From IMG/VR virus record IMGVR_UViG_3300021964_000013: a stretch of 64,000 bases of DNA, one strand, 5' to 3'. Shown piece by piece: positions 9,218-19,094 of the stretch. Both the position numbers and the translations under genes were made by a program. The notes beneath the pieces are model-generated. The model made no database searches, was not told where the DNA came from, and saw only the letters and a list, made by a program, of their open reading frames with translations. The DNA comes from a virus. Position 1 is the stretch's first letter. Each line of letters starts with the position of its first letter.

Positions 9218-10036
9218 ATGAAATTAACCCATTTATTCGAGGGACTTACTCGTGATAAAATACAAGCAATCCATAAAAAGAACCCATCATTCTTTAGCAA
9301 TGAAAGGTACTTTAAACATGGCGTTGAAGGTGGGGTACATGATTTCGTGTGGGAATTAGAACCCGATGATTTAAGTAGATACATTGATGGGGATTTCACC
9401 ATCAGGAGATATAAAAATAAAGAAGGTAGGGACGTTCACATAGGTTTATTTGAAACCATACTTTCAGGAGATACTTGGGATCTTTGGGATTGTAATTCTT
9501 ACGATGGTGATTGGGAATCTGCGTTAGATTACCACATCAATTCTGAAAATGAAGAAAGGATTAAACAAATACTACATAAAATCATAACTGATGAGGGTAA
9601 GGACCCTGAGGAATATTCCGACCTCACATTACAAGATATGATCATGGAAGTTGACGAGGACCGTGTCATTGTTGATGCATTAAGAGATTCAATTTGTTCT
9701 GCGGAGGCGGATAGTTATCACAATTACATACATGATCAACTAAAAAGTGCATGTGAGGAATATGGTGAGGTGGTTGAGTTTAATGATCGTGGTGTTCATA
9801 TTAAAATAGATTTTAAAAACTTCATTGAAAGTATTTTTGATAAGGATTACATGAGGGATGAAGATGTTATCGATGGTTTGGATAGATGTGAATATGACTC
9901 TGAATGTTTTTTTGAGGAGATGTTAGATCCATATGGTGAAAAACCAAAGTTCCAAAGTGATGATAGATGGTACCCTGATATAGACGATAAAAACTTCAAC
10001 ATGATTTTGGAGGATAGATTATACGAGATTGGATGA
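9218..10036 (+). CDS. Acidic hypothetical protein
   Basis: 272-aa ORF with TATTTAT at 9207-9213. Confidence 0.65.
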   Translation: MKLTHLFEGLTRDKIQAIHKKNPSFFSNERYFKHGVEGGVHDFVWELEPDDLSRYIDGDFTIRRYKNKEGRDVHIGLFETILSGDTWDLWDCNSYDGDWESALDYHINSENEERIKQILHKIITDEGKDPEEYSDLTLQDMIMEVDEDRVIVDALRDSICSAEADSYHNYIHDQLKSACEEYGEVVEFNDRGVHIKIDFKNFIESIFDKDYMRDEDVIDGLDRCEYDSECFFEEMLDPYGEKPKFQSDDRWYPDIDDKNFNMILEDRLYEIG

Positions 10037-11838
10037 AACTAATTGAAACGGTATATGATTTATTATTGGAGGCGGCTCCCGAACAGATATATCAGAAATA
10101 TTATTCAGATATTGATAGGTCGACCTTCCTACGTATTATCCAATTAGATCCTCGAACAAAAGTAAAACACGAAAAAGAAAACGGAATTAAGAAGATCGGT
10201 AGGTACGCCAAAGTACTTTTAAAAATGCATAAGGAGGGTAATCTAAAATCTGAAGATCACCCAAAGGCAAAAGATTATCTTACACTTGTTTATAAACACA
10301 ACGTATCGGTAGACATCAGTAAAGTAAAAACTTTAGGGGACCTGTTTACTTTAGTTGAGAAGTATTATTCACAGAGTACCAATAAAAACGTTTTTGATTT
10401 AATCAACGTCTTAGACGACAACGATTACGACTTATTACTGAGTGGTGATAAGTGGATCATATACAAACCCAAATCCGAAAAGGGTGCGTCATATTTAGGG
10501 ACAGGTACTGAATGGTGTACCGCTTGGGGTCCTTATTCAACAAACGAGAAATACAGAGACCGAAAAAACCATTTTAGTTCACATAGTGATAGAGGACCAC
10601 TTTATGTTATCTTAAATAGGGATGACAGTAATAAGAAATACCAATTCCACTTTGAAACTAAACAATATATGGATAGGAACGATAGGAAGATAGACACGGG
10701 GGACTTCTTAGAAAGTAACCCTGAGGTCTGTAAGTTCTTCTTCCCATCTTTATATGATGATACCGAAGTAAGTGATTTGGAAATGGAAAGGATTGGTGTG
10801 TTGAATAGACCCCAAACCGCAAAACTTATTGAGCGTTCTGTAGGTGAAACAGATAATAGGATAGTTGAGACTTTAGTTAATGATGAAGGGGATGAGTTAA
10901 TCTCTAAAATGAAATCATTCATAACAGACCCAAACCTTGAATCTTTGGATTATGATTATAGGTTGGATCGACTCGAGTTCTCCTTATCTGATATTGGAAA
11001 TTATAATTGGGGTAATATTGAAGCTTGTAGGGAAACCTTAAGTCGTTATAGGTACGATTCAGATCCGTATGCTGATCACTCTGAAAGATTAAGATATGAC
11101 ATAACGGAAATGGATGAGGATTACCAAAAGGAACAAATAGAACCACTCCTTAAGAAATATTACGATGAGGTGGTACTCTTACCCAAAGTTAATTCCTATG
11201 AAAGATATAGGGAATTAATCAATGATTATTGGGACGACATAGTAAACGATTTTGCTGACGAATATGCTTACTTGAATGAAGGGACTGTAAGGGATGCTTC
11301 TGAAACAGAGTTAAATGCAATTGAAAGATTCATATCCATTGATGATAATCTAATACAAGTACCTACATCCCACTTAGCCCTTTTTATACACAAAGAAAAA
11401 TTAAAAGAACTTTCAGATATTGAGAGTTTATTCGAGGCATATATTGAAAGTCACAATCTCGCTTATGAGTATGAAGACCCCATGTACAATATAAATTTAG
11501 AGAATCCTTCATTGAAAGATATGACCTCCCATTTCGAGGGATACACCAAAAAGATAGAGGATGATTTAAATCAGGATCCCGAATGTTTAGAGAATAAAGA
11601 CAGACTTGCGAAACTAAGAAAAGAGTTATTCAATGGAGGTAATAACTTTAGTCGTGATGATCTTAGAATTGAGATTAGAGGTGGTTACGATTGTGAGAAA
11701 GAAGGTGTTCCTGTAATCGTAAACTACTTAAAAGAAAAGAATCCTAATGTCAGTAATTGGGTGAGATGGTCAGGACATTTAAGTGTCGATCGCATCTCAG
11801 AATACATCACCAACGAAAGACTCTTCGAAAATAATTAA
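10033..11838 (+). CDS. Large-phage conserved protein (GTxWCT / YQFHFE motif family)
   Basis: 'LGTGTEWCTA...GPLYVI...KYQFHFETKQYMD'. Confidence 0.65.
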   Translation: MKLIETVYDLLLEAAPEQIYQKYYSDIDRSTFLRIIQLDPRTKVKHEKENGIKKIGRYAKVLLKMHKEGNLKSEDHPKAKDYLTLVYKHNVSVDISKVKTLGDLFTLVEKYYSQSTNKNVFDLINVLDDNDYDLLLSGDKWIIYKPKSEKGASYLGTGTEWCTAWGPYSTNEKYRDRKNHFSSHSDRGPLYVILNRDDSNKKYQFHFETKQYMDRNDRKIDTGDFLESNPEVCKFFFPSLYDDTEVSDLEMERIGVLNRPQTAKLIERSVGETDNRIVETLVNDEGDELISKMKSFITDPNLESLDYDYRLDRLEFSLSDIGNYNWGNIEACRETLSRYRYDSDPYADHSERLRYDITEMDEDYQKEQIEPLLKKYYDEVVLLPKVNSYERYRELINDYWDDIVNDFADEYAYLNEGTVRDASETELNAIERFISIDDNLIQVPTSHLALFIHKEKLKELSDIESLFEAYIESHNLAYEYEDPMYNINLENPSLKDMTSHFEGYTKKIEDDLNQDPECLENKDRLAKLRKELFNGGNNFSRDDLRIEIRGGYDCEKEGVPVIVNYLKEKNPNVSNWVRWSGHLSVDRISEYITNERLFENN

Positions 11839-11856
11839 TATTTTTTTTGATATTTT

Positions 11857-11887
11857 TTTGGATATCATGATTTTTTTATTATCTTTG
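11857..11887 (+). promoter_or_regulatory. Bacteroidota primary-sigma promoter (-33 TTTG / -7 TAnnTTTG)
   Basis: TTTG 11857-60, 19-nt spacer, TATCTTTG 11880-87. Confidence 0.8.
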
Positions 11888-11907
11888 TTTAGATAAAAGT
11901 AGAAATT

Positions 11908-12195
11908 ATGACATTTGAGGAAATTAAATTCACCCCAAACCCACACGGTGGTTGGTCTTCACGAACCAAAATAAACAACACAATATCAGTCTCTGTTGTT
12001 TGTGGATTATTTGCGTATTGTGCACCAAGAGAGAACCTATCAAACCCACTTGAATATGGTCTGTACGAGATTGCGGTTTTTAAAGACAATGAATTTACTC
12101 GAGAATACTTTAGTGAAGACCATGACGATGATGTGATGGGGTTTGTTACTAAGGAAGATGTAATGTCAATCATTAATAAAATCAAAGAATCATGA
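11908..12195 (+). CDS. Hypothetical protein
   Basis: 'GLYEIAV...DDVMGF' phage-family pattern; follows the promoter. Confidence 0.6.
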   Translation: MTFEEIKFTPNPHGGWSSRTKINNTISVSVVCGLFAYCAPRENLSNPLEYGLYEIAVFKDNEFTREYFSEDHDDDVMGFVTKEDVMSIINKIKES

Positions 12196-12303
12196 TACCA
12201 CGTTTTGAAGATTTGAATCCCAAACTACAGGGGTTCTTTATTGGAGTTGGAGTAACACTATTGACGGTGTTTGTAACAGGTATGTACTTAACACATTTCT
12301 ACC

Positions 12304-12891
12304 ATGGTTAAAACAGAGAACAGAATTGATCTTTTAACTGAGACATTCCACAATAAGTTGGAATTGGATAAGTTATATTCTCGAAGTGAGATTGAAGATC
12401 TCATGGACAAAAAGATGGATTACTATTACAATGTTACTGCGTTGACATATAATAGATGGAATAAAGGGATGAACTTTGTTTGTCCCCTATTAGAACATAC
12501 GGATAGAGGTACCTATAGATATTTAGGTGCCGACTATCCTTACAATGGTATTCTAAGTCATTTCCCACAAGGACAGTACGAAGAATATATTATAGGTAAA
12601 TGGGATAATGGTGTGCTTAAGTTCACCAACCCAAACATTAGATCCTTTAAGGATTGGGTCAAATCAGATGATAACGGGGAACGTATGGTGTCCGTAGGTT
12701 CCAAGGTCACTGTTTTAAGAGGAGGACACAAAGAGTTTAAATTCCTTTTATCTGATGAGAGTGGTGGGATAACCGATGGTTATGGTCACGTCTCAACAGA
12801 AAGTAAACTTGGACAACTAATCAAAGGAACCACAAAGGGTTCTACGTTTGAGTTTGGGGGATTGACACACGAAGTTATTTCAATAGAATAG
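12304..12891 (+). CDS. Protein with GreA/GreB C-terminal-like domain
   Basis: 'VSVGSKVTV...VSTESKLGQLIKG...G..F...EVISIE' resembles the Gre C-domain (ISxxSPLGxALxG). Confidence 0.55.
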   Translation: MVKTENRIDLLTETFHNKLELDKLYSRSEIEDLMDKKMDYYYNVTALTYNRWNKGMNFVCPLLEHTDRGTYRYLGADYPYNGILSHFPQGQYEEYIIGKWDNGVLKFTNPNIRSFKDWVKSDDNGERMVSVGSKVTVLRGGHKEFKFLLSDESGGITDGYGHVSTESKLGQLIKGTTKGSTFEFGGLTHEVISIE

Positions 12892-12892
12892 T

Positions 12893-13381
12893 ATGGTACT
12901 TTTTGATAATTTAAAATTTAGAATATATTGTGACATGGATGGGGTCCTCGTGGATTTCGACAAAGGTTACAGTCAACTACCCGGTGCGTTAGAGCTTGAT
13001 GGTACTTACCAAAGTACTGAAGAGTTTTGGGCACCAATTAATAAGGCGGGAAAGGACTTTTGGGAAAGTTTGGATTGGATGCCCGATGGTAAACGATTGT
13101 GGGATTATATCAATGAATATTACCCTGTAATTCTCTCATCACCTTCCCGACGTGGTTACGGATCGAGAGAAGGTAAGAAGAATTGGGTTGAGAAGGAGTT
13201 ACCGGGAGTACCACTTCTTTTAGAGTACTCTTTTAATAAGAGGAAACACGCATCACCAAACCATATATTGATTGATGATAGAGAAAGTAACATCGAACAA
13301 TGGGTTGAGAGTGGAGGTATTGGAATACTTCACACCTCGGCAAAAGAAACTATAATAGAACTTAATAAGTTAGGGTTATGA
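12893..13381 (+). CDS. 5'(3')-deoxyribonucleotidase (HAD family)
   Basis: DMDGVL, ILSSP and ILIDD motifs. Confidence 0.85.
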   Translation: MVLFDNLKFRIYCDMDGVLVDFDKGYSQLPGALELDGTYQSTEEFWAPINKAGKDFWESLDWMPDGKRLWDYINEYYPVILSSPSRRGYGSREGKKNWVEKELPGVPLLLEYSFNKRKHASPNHILIDDRESNIEQWVESGGIGILHTSAKETIIELNKLGL

Positions 13382-13824
13382 ACACAATAACAATGAATGG
13401 GAGTTTGATGAGTATTAAACCCTCGCAGTGGTTAAATTTCGGATACGCTTTATCAACCGTAGTGGGTCTTTTGATCCACCCTATCTTAGGTGGTATTGTG
13501 GGACTCTACCTCCTATGGAAGGTCTTAGAGGTATATTTCCTAAGGTGGGACATCACCAACGATTCAATCATTGAAAGGGAAGGCGTACTGAACGTAACTA
13601 TGGATGAGATTCACCTATTTAGAATTAAGGATGTCCATCTATACCAACCACTTTTGTATAGAATCGTGGGTATCTCCAAACTGTCTTTGGTTACATCTGA
13701 TAAGACAAGACCGATACTCGTCCTTAATGGAATTAAAGACGGTAAGCGTAAACGTGAAATGTTTAAGAAACTAACACTGAGTAGTCGTAAGTCTCAGGGG
13801 GTTAGGGAATTTGACTTTAGGTAA
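13378..13824 (+). CDS. Membrane protein with bacterial PH domain
   Basis: Two TM segments plus 'GVL...DEIxLFRIKDV...Q..L.RI.GI'. Confidence 0.7.
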   Translation: MNTITMNGSLMSIKPSQWLNFGYALSTVVGLLIHPILGGIVGLYLLWKVLEVYFLRWDITNDSIIEREGVLNVTMDEIHLFRIKDVHLYQPLLYRIVGISKLSLVTSDKTRPILVLNGIKDGKRKREMFKKLTLSSRKSQGVREFDFR

Positions 13825-13842
13825 AATTTTCCTTATATTTAT
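13811..13842 (+). promoter_or_regulatory. TTGAC-N18-TATATT promoter overlapping TATTTAT
   Basis: Both motifs are present before ATG 13860. Confidence 0.65.
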
Positions 13843-13859
13843 CTTAGAAAGAGGGACTT

Positions 13860-14045
13860 ATGAAATACTTAAAGTCAGTAAATTCTTACATAGATGAATC
13901 GACAGGTTTAGTTTATACATGTGTCTCTGATGAGTGTAGAGACACAGATGAGGGTCACCACCTCAATGAAATGAAAGAGGAGTGGTGGGATCGATTAGAT
14001 TCCCACGACATGTCAAGGATAGATATTAACGGTGGTTTATTTTAA
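13860..14045 (+). CDS. Hypothetical protein
   Basis: ORF track; promoter upstream. Confidence 0.55.
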   Translation: MKYLKSVNSYIDESTGLVYTCVSDECRDTDEGHHLNEMKEEWWDRLDSHDMSRIDINGGLF

Positions 14046-14048
14046 TGA

Positions 14049-14456
14049 ATGGTTGAAATTTTAAAAAATAACGGTAACATGAAGTTTGCCTTAATTGCTC
14101 ATGACAACAAGAAAGCGGATCTTGTTGCGTTTGTAATGAAACGATTGGATTTCTTTAACAGGGAAGATATTGATATTGTAACCACCGGTACAACAGGTAA
14201 ACACTGTGAACATGCGGGTATCGATAAAGTAGAAAAGGTACATTCAGGACCTTTAGGTGGTGATGCCGAGATTGGTGCGATGGTGACAAGGGGAGAGATA
14301 ACGGGAGTTATATTCTTCAGAGATCCATTAGACAAACACCCACATGATGTCGACATTAATATGTTAATGAGATTATGCGATGTACATAATGTACCACTTG
14401 CAACCAACTATAAGACCGCAAGTATTATGGTCAAATGGTTTAAACTAAACTCATAA
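14049..14456 (+). CDS. mgsA: Methylglyoxal synthase (start may be 14079)
   Basis: ALIAHDxKK, TGTTG, SGPLGGD, FFRDPL..HPH..D and LATN motifs. Confidence 0.95.
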   Translation: MVEILKNNGNMKFALIAHDNKKADLVAFVMKRLDFFNREDIDIVTTGTTGKHCEHAGIDKVEKVHSGPLGGDAEIGAMVTRGEITGVIFFRDPLDKHPHDVDINMLMRLCDVHNVPLATNYKTASIMVKWFKLNS

Positions 14457-14458
14457 AA

Positions 14459-15082
14459 ATGAAAAGTAAGTTCGAAATAAAAGACAACATAACATTTGGT
14501 GAAAAGGTAAAATCTTTTTTCAAATCACTTTTATTTTGGAGAGGAAGGAAGAAAGGGATGATTCATACTCGTAATTTAATGTGGAGTGATCTACGTTACA
14601 TATTTTTCCCTAAAGACTTTGCGGAGAAGTATGGTTACTTAGGCACATCTGTTTGGAATGAGGAGAGTAGATACTATAAAGCATTACTACCACTCGTGTT
14701 AACATTAGACTATGAGGCAAAACCAAAATGGTGCCCACGTTGGTTTCTTCGTTTCCTTCATGTCTTTGGTAATGATAGAAGTATCGTGAGAGTGAGAAAT
14801 AGATTTTGGAGTAATCTAAGTAATAAACTCACCAAAGGTATTATGTTCGTGGATTGGAAAACGAAATGGACTGATTATGATTTACGAATCTCAGTTCACG
14901 CACCAAGTCATATTCAAGACTTGGCCCAAGCCATTGAAGAACACTTTTATTCTGAGGGTAGACAAAAAGAGTTGGCCGTACAGATAAAAGAACTTGATCC
15001 TGATGCTCGTATTATTTGGGGTAGTATCAGTAGATTGGAAAAACAATTAGAAGAGTTGAGTATAAACAACAAAAAAAATTGA
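14459..15082 (+). CDS. Hypothetical protein
   Basis: 207-aa ORF in operon context. Confidence 0.6.
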   Translation: MKSKFEIKDNITFGEKVKSFFKSLLFWRGRKKGMIHTRNLMWSDLRYIFFPKDFAEKYGYLGTSVWNEESRYYKALLPLVLTLDYEAKPKWCPRWFLRFLHVFGNDRSIVRVRNRFWSNLSNKLTKGIMFVDWKTKWTDYDLRISVHAPSHIQDLAQAIEEHFYSEGRQKELAVQIKELDPDARIIWGSISRLEKQLEELSINNKKN

Positions 15083-15163
15083 ATTGTAGATAATAAACAA
15101 CAAAAATATGAAACCAACTTATAGAAATAGGTTGGTTAAAATAGAATTAACTACGAATAGAAA

Positions 15164-15448
15164 ATGTCAAAGAGATTAAGTAGACAGGAAAAAATGAACA
15201 TCTTCGTTGTTGATGTGATCAACAAAATGTTTGAGATTGCAGGTCATGACGTGACCTATGAAGACATCAAAGATAGAGAGGATGATTGGTACACCCAATG
15301 GACTATGACCATGGAACAAAGTGATCAATGGAAAGAGTGGGGTGTTGAGGAAATTAGAAAAAGATTCCGATATAATAAGAAGTGGGCAGAAAAAGAAATG
15401 GGAATGATCACTCTTATGTGGGGTTTAAAATTTAGTGACTTTAAATAA
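15164..15448 (+). CDS. Hypothetical protein
   Basis: ORF track. Confidence 0.6.
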   Translation: MSKRLSRQEKMNIFVVDVINKMFEIAGHDVTYEDIKDREDDWYTQWTMTMEQSDQWKEWGVEEIRKRFRYNKKWAEKEMGMITLMWGLKFSDFK

Positions 15449-15454
15449 TAAGTT

Positions 15455-15850
15455 ATGGATACAATAAAAAAACACACTAATCGTTACGGTGATGTGTACA
15501 CCTTTACACTTTTAGAAGATGGTAACATTCAATGGAGTGGGGAGTTTAAGCATTGTCGATTTGGTTGGCCAAACGACTATACACAATCCTTATTTGAATA
15601 CCTGAGAGATACGGGTAAATCAATCACGCTTGAGGAGTATAAAAAGTTGGTACACAAATATGATAACGAGAAGGGTGAGTACGTACTCAAGGATGACAGG
15701 TACAGAAAATTAGTTACTTCCATCCGTGGTAAAATTAATATGGTCGATCCGAGTGGTGGACCATACCTTACAGAAGGAATGGAATTTATGGGTAAAACCA
15801 TAAAAGAATTTAAGTCAAACGAAAACGGTTATTTAATTATTACATCATGA
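15455..15850 (+). CDS. Hypothetical protein
   Basis: 'NRYG...MVDPSGGPY' pattern. Confidence 0.6.
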   Translation: MDTIKKHTNRYGDVYTFTLLEDGNIQWSGEFKHCRFGWPNDYTQSLFEYLRDTGKSITLEEYKKLVHKYDNEKGEYVLKDDRYRKLVTSIRGKINMVDPSGGPYLTEGMEFMGKTIKEFKSNENGYLIITS

Positions 15851-16377
15851 GGCTAAAGAAGTTTAAAGTAATCCAAAAGAATGGGATGTCACATCCCACA
15901 CTATTCGATACTATTGGTGAAGCAATAAAGACCGTAGGAATCAAAAATGTTCAGAAATTTGTTGAGGTTGAAGATCCGAAATCTAAGGGTAAACCCGACG
16001 TAATAAAGGGTGATGAGATGTTGGTCATTAGTAAAAGAAGTAATGAGGATCTTGAAAAGTCACTTCAGTGTGGTTATACGGTTACCTACAATAAACCCAA
16101 CTTGGAAAAAGTATATCGAGGAATGACAGTTTTGGAAACGTCTGAGGATCGTGTCCTTGTTGGTAAGTTTAAGGACCTAACCAATTGGGATCCTGCGGTT
16201 CATAAAGATTACATCCCACCGGGTTATAGACCCGATAAGGATTGGGAATGGGCAATCTTTAATACAGACGCTGAGATTGTGGACCGAGCGAAGTTAGAAG
16301 AAGAAATAGGTAGAATACCGGGTGTTCAAGGTGGTATTGGTTATCACACACCCATAAAGAAAAAACAGAATGTTTGA
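15847..16377 (+). CDS. Hypothetical protein
   Basis: ORF track; ATGA overlap with the upstream gene. Confidence 0.6.
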   Translation: MRLKKFKVIQKNGMSHPTLFDTIGEAIKTVGIKNVQKFVEVEDPKSKGKPDVIKGDEMLVISKRSNEDLEKSLQCGYTVTYNKPNLEKVYRGMTVLETSEDRVLVGKFKDLTNWDPAVHKDYIPPGYRPDKDWEWAIFNTDAEIVDRAKLEEEIGRIPGVQGGIGYHTPIKKKQNV

Positions 16378-16448
16378 GTATCTATTTAATCTAATCTTAG
16401 GTGGTTCATTCTTCCTCATGACAATCTTTATAATTAAATTTTTAAAAG

Positions 16449-16724
16449 ATGGAAAAGGAGATAAATAAAATGTTCCGTCAACAAAGGAACTTACTATTAG
16501 TGCTTGGGTTATTCGCGATCGCAACATTTACACTGTTGACCGGTTTTATAACGATCCCAAAACAAAACAAAACAATGGTTAGTGGTGACATGACATGGGA
16601 AGAAATGTACTATGACATGAAAAAACAAAGAGACTCAATGGAAGTTGAGAGAGATGAGTTTGAAAGAAAATTTGAGGAGTCTGTTGGATATTGGCAGCAA
16701 TGTGAAACCAAGATAAATCAATAA
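16449..16724 (+). CDS. Single-TM coiled-coil protein
   Basis: Hydrophobic N-terminal segment followed by a charged helix. Confidence 0.55.
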   Translation: MEKEINKMFRQQRNLLLVLGLFAIATFTLLTGFITIPKQNKTMVSGDMTWEEMYYDMKKQRDSMEVERDEFERKFEESVGYWQQCETKINQ

Positions 16725-16725
16725 A

Positions 16726-17220
16726 GTGCAAACCTTTCTACCATACCCCGACTTTAAAAAATCCTTAAGAGTCTTGGATGATAAGAGATTAGGGAAACAA
16801 AGAGTTGAAGCGTATCAGATCATATCGGCGATTACGGGTAGACCACGTAAAGACGGTAAACCTTACAAAGGTTGGATTAATCATCCATGTACTGTTATGT
16901 GGAGAGACTACGTCAACGCATTAAAGTTGTACTATAACGATTGTATTGACGAGTGGGTCAGTAGGGGTTTTAGAAATACAATGGATTATGAAACTATTGT
17001 AGGTGATTTTACACTACCACCATGGGTTGGATTCGAGGATTTCCACTCATCCCATAGATCTAACTTACTTAGAAAGGATTTAGAATACTACTCTAAGTTT
17101 AATTGGTCGGAAAACCCTGAAGATCCTTATGTTTGGTTGGATAAAGAAGGTAGATGGTACAAACAAATGGTGGGTAAAAACCTGAAGGATTATTACCAAC
17201 CACAAAAAAATTACAAATAA
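16726..17220 (+). CDS. Pyrimidine-dimer DNA glycosylase/DenV-like (MSMEG_6728 family)
   Basis: MQTFLPY...LDDKRLGKQRVEAYQI...GWxNHP..MW...SHRSNLLRKD. Confidence 0.85.
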   Translation: MQTFLPYPDFKKSLRVLDDKRLGKQRVEAYQIISAITGRPRKDGKPYKGWINHPCTVMWRDYVNALKLYYNDCIDEWVSRGFRNTMDYETIVGDFTLPPWVGFEDFHSSHRSNLLRKDLEYYSKFNWSENPEDPYVWLDKEGRWYKQMVGKNLKDYYQPQKNYK

Positions 17221-17221
17221 T

Positions 17222-17252
17222 TTTGTGATATCATAAAAAATACTTACATTTG
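17222..17252 (+). promoter_or_regulatory. Bacteroidota primary-sigma promoter
   Basis: TTTG-N19-TACATTTG. Confidence 0.8.
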
Positions 17253-17270
17253 TATTAGAATATTAATAAA

Positions 17271-17549
17271 ATGAACATGAAAAAGGTATTTTTTATTTTG
17301 AGTTTGGTGTTACTAACCGTTTCATGTGTTAGTGAGAAACCGATGGTTGTTGTCGATGCGAATGGCGAGTGTTTCCCCACAATCGAGAATATTAACCAAA
17401 TGTATATGAAACGAACCGAAACAGGGTTAAATTATGTTTGGTTCAACTGTGAATGGGTTACCCGAGCCCAACGAGATTCTTTGTCTCTAATCGAGAATGA
17501 ACGTATTTTTGAGGAATTAATCTTAATGTACGATTCGGTCCCTAATTAG
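17271..17549 (+). CDS. Small lipoprotein
   Basis: Signal peptide with lipobox TVSC. Confidence 0.7.
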   Translation: MNMKKVFFILSLVLLTVSCVSEKPMVVVDANGECFPTIENINQMYMKRTETGLNYVWFNCEWVTRAQRDSLSLIENERIFEELILMYDSVPN

Positions 17550-18991
17550 GTATTAACCTCTTTAGGTAATTCATTACCACAGAGGTCGGTGGTTAAGATA
17601 GTTTTCTGATCCATCGACCCTCTTACCATTTTAGCATTAGGTTGTCCCGTATACCTTTTATCCCCATTTTTACCGGTGATATATACCGAAGGTACATTCG
17701 AGTGAGATCCTTTATTAAATAGAGCCCTATACGGTCCTGTTGAACCGACTAAAGGTTTTAATGATATAACTAACCTATCTTTAATTGGTGCTTGTTCAAC
17801 AATGGTCTTAGCCTTTTGATTGTCTAAGAAGAATGTTTGTGATCTCTTACCACCCTTTTTACCATCACTTTTCCTACCTTCTATTTTACTAAGGAGGGCG
17901 ATAGGACTTTTGGTTGTCTCAACATCACCCATAGTTCTACCAACATAAGGTTTTAACCTACTATCTATTCCCGCCATTTCATCGGTAATTACTGATTTAG
18001 GGTCGTAAACTATCTTACCATCAAAATCAATTTTATCGATGTAAAGTTCAAAGAGACCTCGGGTTCTAAATGTAGAAGAAGTATAACCAAGTTCTGTTAT
18101 TGATTTAGTACCGTCAAGTCCAAGTTCGGGGATATTGGGTTTAAAATCACTCGATTTTGTGATTGTCCTTTCCCTTCTTTGATCAAGTAACTCTTTATTG
18201 TGTTTCTGATATATTTTTTGGTAATTTTTTAATTGTCTAATCTTAGCTCGATTGGTTTGATAAATCCTTCCCTTAACATTGAATGTTTTGTCGAAGGATT
18301 CGTAGTTGGTGATGTCATTTGTTGAGTTATTTAAGTTCGCAACACCAAGAGGTACATCATTCACAAGGACTTGGAATACCGCCTCATCGCAATCATGACC
18401 CGTCGTATCATATGCGATAACTATCTTCATACCAATAAGACATTCATAACTCGCCTCTGCTGATATCACTAATTTAACAAACTGTTCTTCTTTGTATTTT
18501 GGATCATCAGCTTTATCCTTTCCTGAGGTATAGGATGTCGAACCCAACACAGTCTCGGTTGGTAGGAAAGTCGGAGGGTTTTGAAGTTCTTTCCTTTGAA
18601 GGTAGTTATCCAATAACCTTTGAATTGAACGACCCCTTAATTCTGAAAGAACCTTCGGTTCCAACTTACAATTATCACTGAAATCACCTTCCTTACATCT
18701 TTCTCTGTCATAGTTAGTTACACGAGATTCTCCAGCAACAACCTTAATAGTTAATTGTGCGTTTGGATTCTGATTAATAAACTGATTTAACTCCCCAAAA
18801 TTAGATTTCATTTCCGCAACCATTTGGGATGTTAACTTGTATTTACCCGAATCAAAGGTTGCCCCCAAATCAATAGAGATTGATCTTGTACCGCTGGTGT
18901 TAGGTTGTTCCTGTTGTTGCTCGTTGATTAATCCTAATTTATATCCACCAATTAACCTTTTAATCTGTGACTCATCTAACTGTATTTTCAT
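17546..18991 (-). CDS. OmpA-C-like domain protein with 'LDESQIKRLI' N-terminal motif
   Basis: Start reassigned to ATG 18991. 'FDSGKYKL...TIKVVAGES...LSELRGRSI..LL' is OmpA-like. TATTTAT on the - strand at 19011-19017. Confidence 0.55.
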   Translation of the reverse strand: MKIQLDESQIKRLIGGYKLGLINEQQQEQPNTSGTRSISIDLGATFDSGKYKLTSQMVAEMKSNFGELNQFINQNPNAQLTIKVVAGESRVTNYDRERCKEGDFSDNCKLEPKVLSELRGRSIQRLLDNYLQRKELQNPPTFLPTETVLGSTSYTSGKDKADDPKYKEEQFVKLVISAEASYECLIGMKIVIAYDTTGHDCDEAVFQVLVNDVPLGVANLNNSTNDITNYESFDKTFNVKGRIYQTNRAKIRQLKNYQKIYQKHNKELLDQRRERTITKSSDFKPNIPELGLDGTKSITELGYTSSTFRTRGLFELYIDKIDFDGKIVYDPKSVITDEMAGIDSRLKPYVGRTMGDVETTKSPIALLSKIEGRKSDGKKGGKRSQTFFLDNQKAKTIVEQAPIKDRLVISLKPLVGSTGPYRALFNKGSHSNVPSVYITGKNGDKRYTGQPNAKMVRGSMDQKTILTTDLCGNELPKEVNT

Positions 18992-19041
18992 ATCTAAAAT
19001 GTGTATTTCTATAAATATCAAGAAAAATAATAACATTTTTT

Positions 19042-19071
19042 TTTGATATAATAAATTCTTTCTTATCTTTG
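19042..19071 (+). promoter_or_regulatory. Bacteroidota primary-sigma promoter
   Basis: TTTG-N18-TATCTTTG. Confidence 0.75.
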
Positions 19072-19094
19072 TGTAGAATTTTAAACATAAAGAC

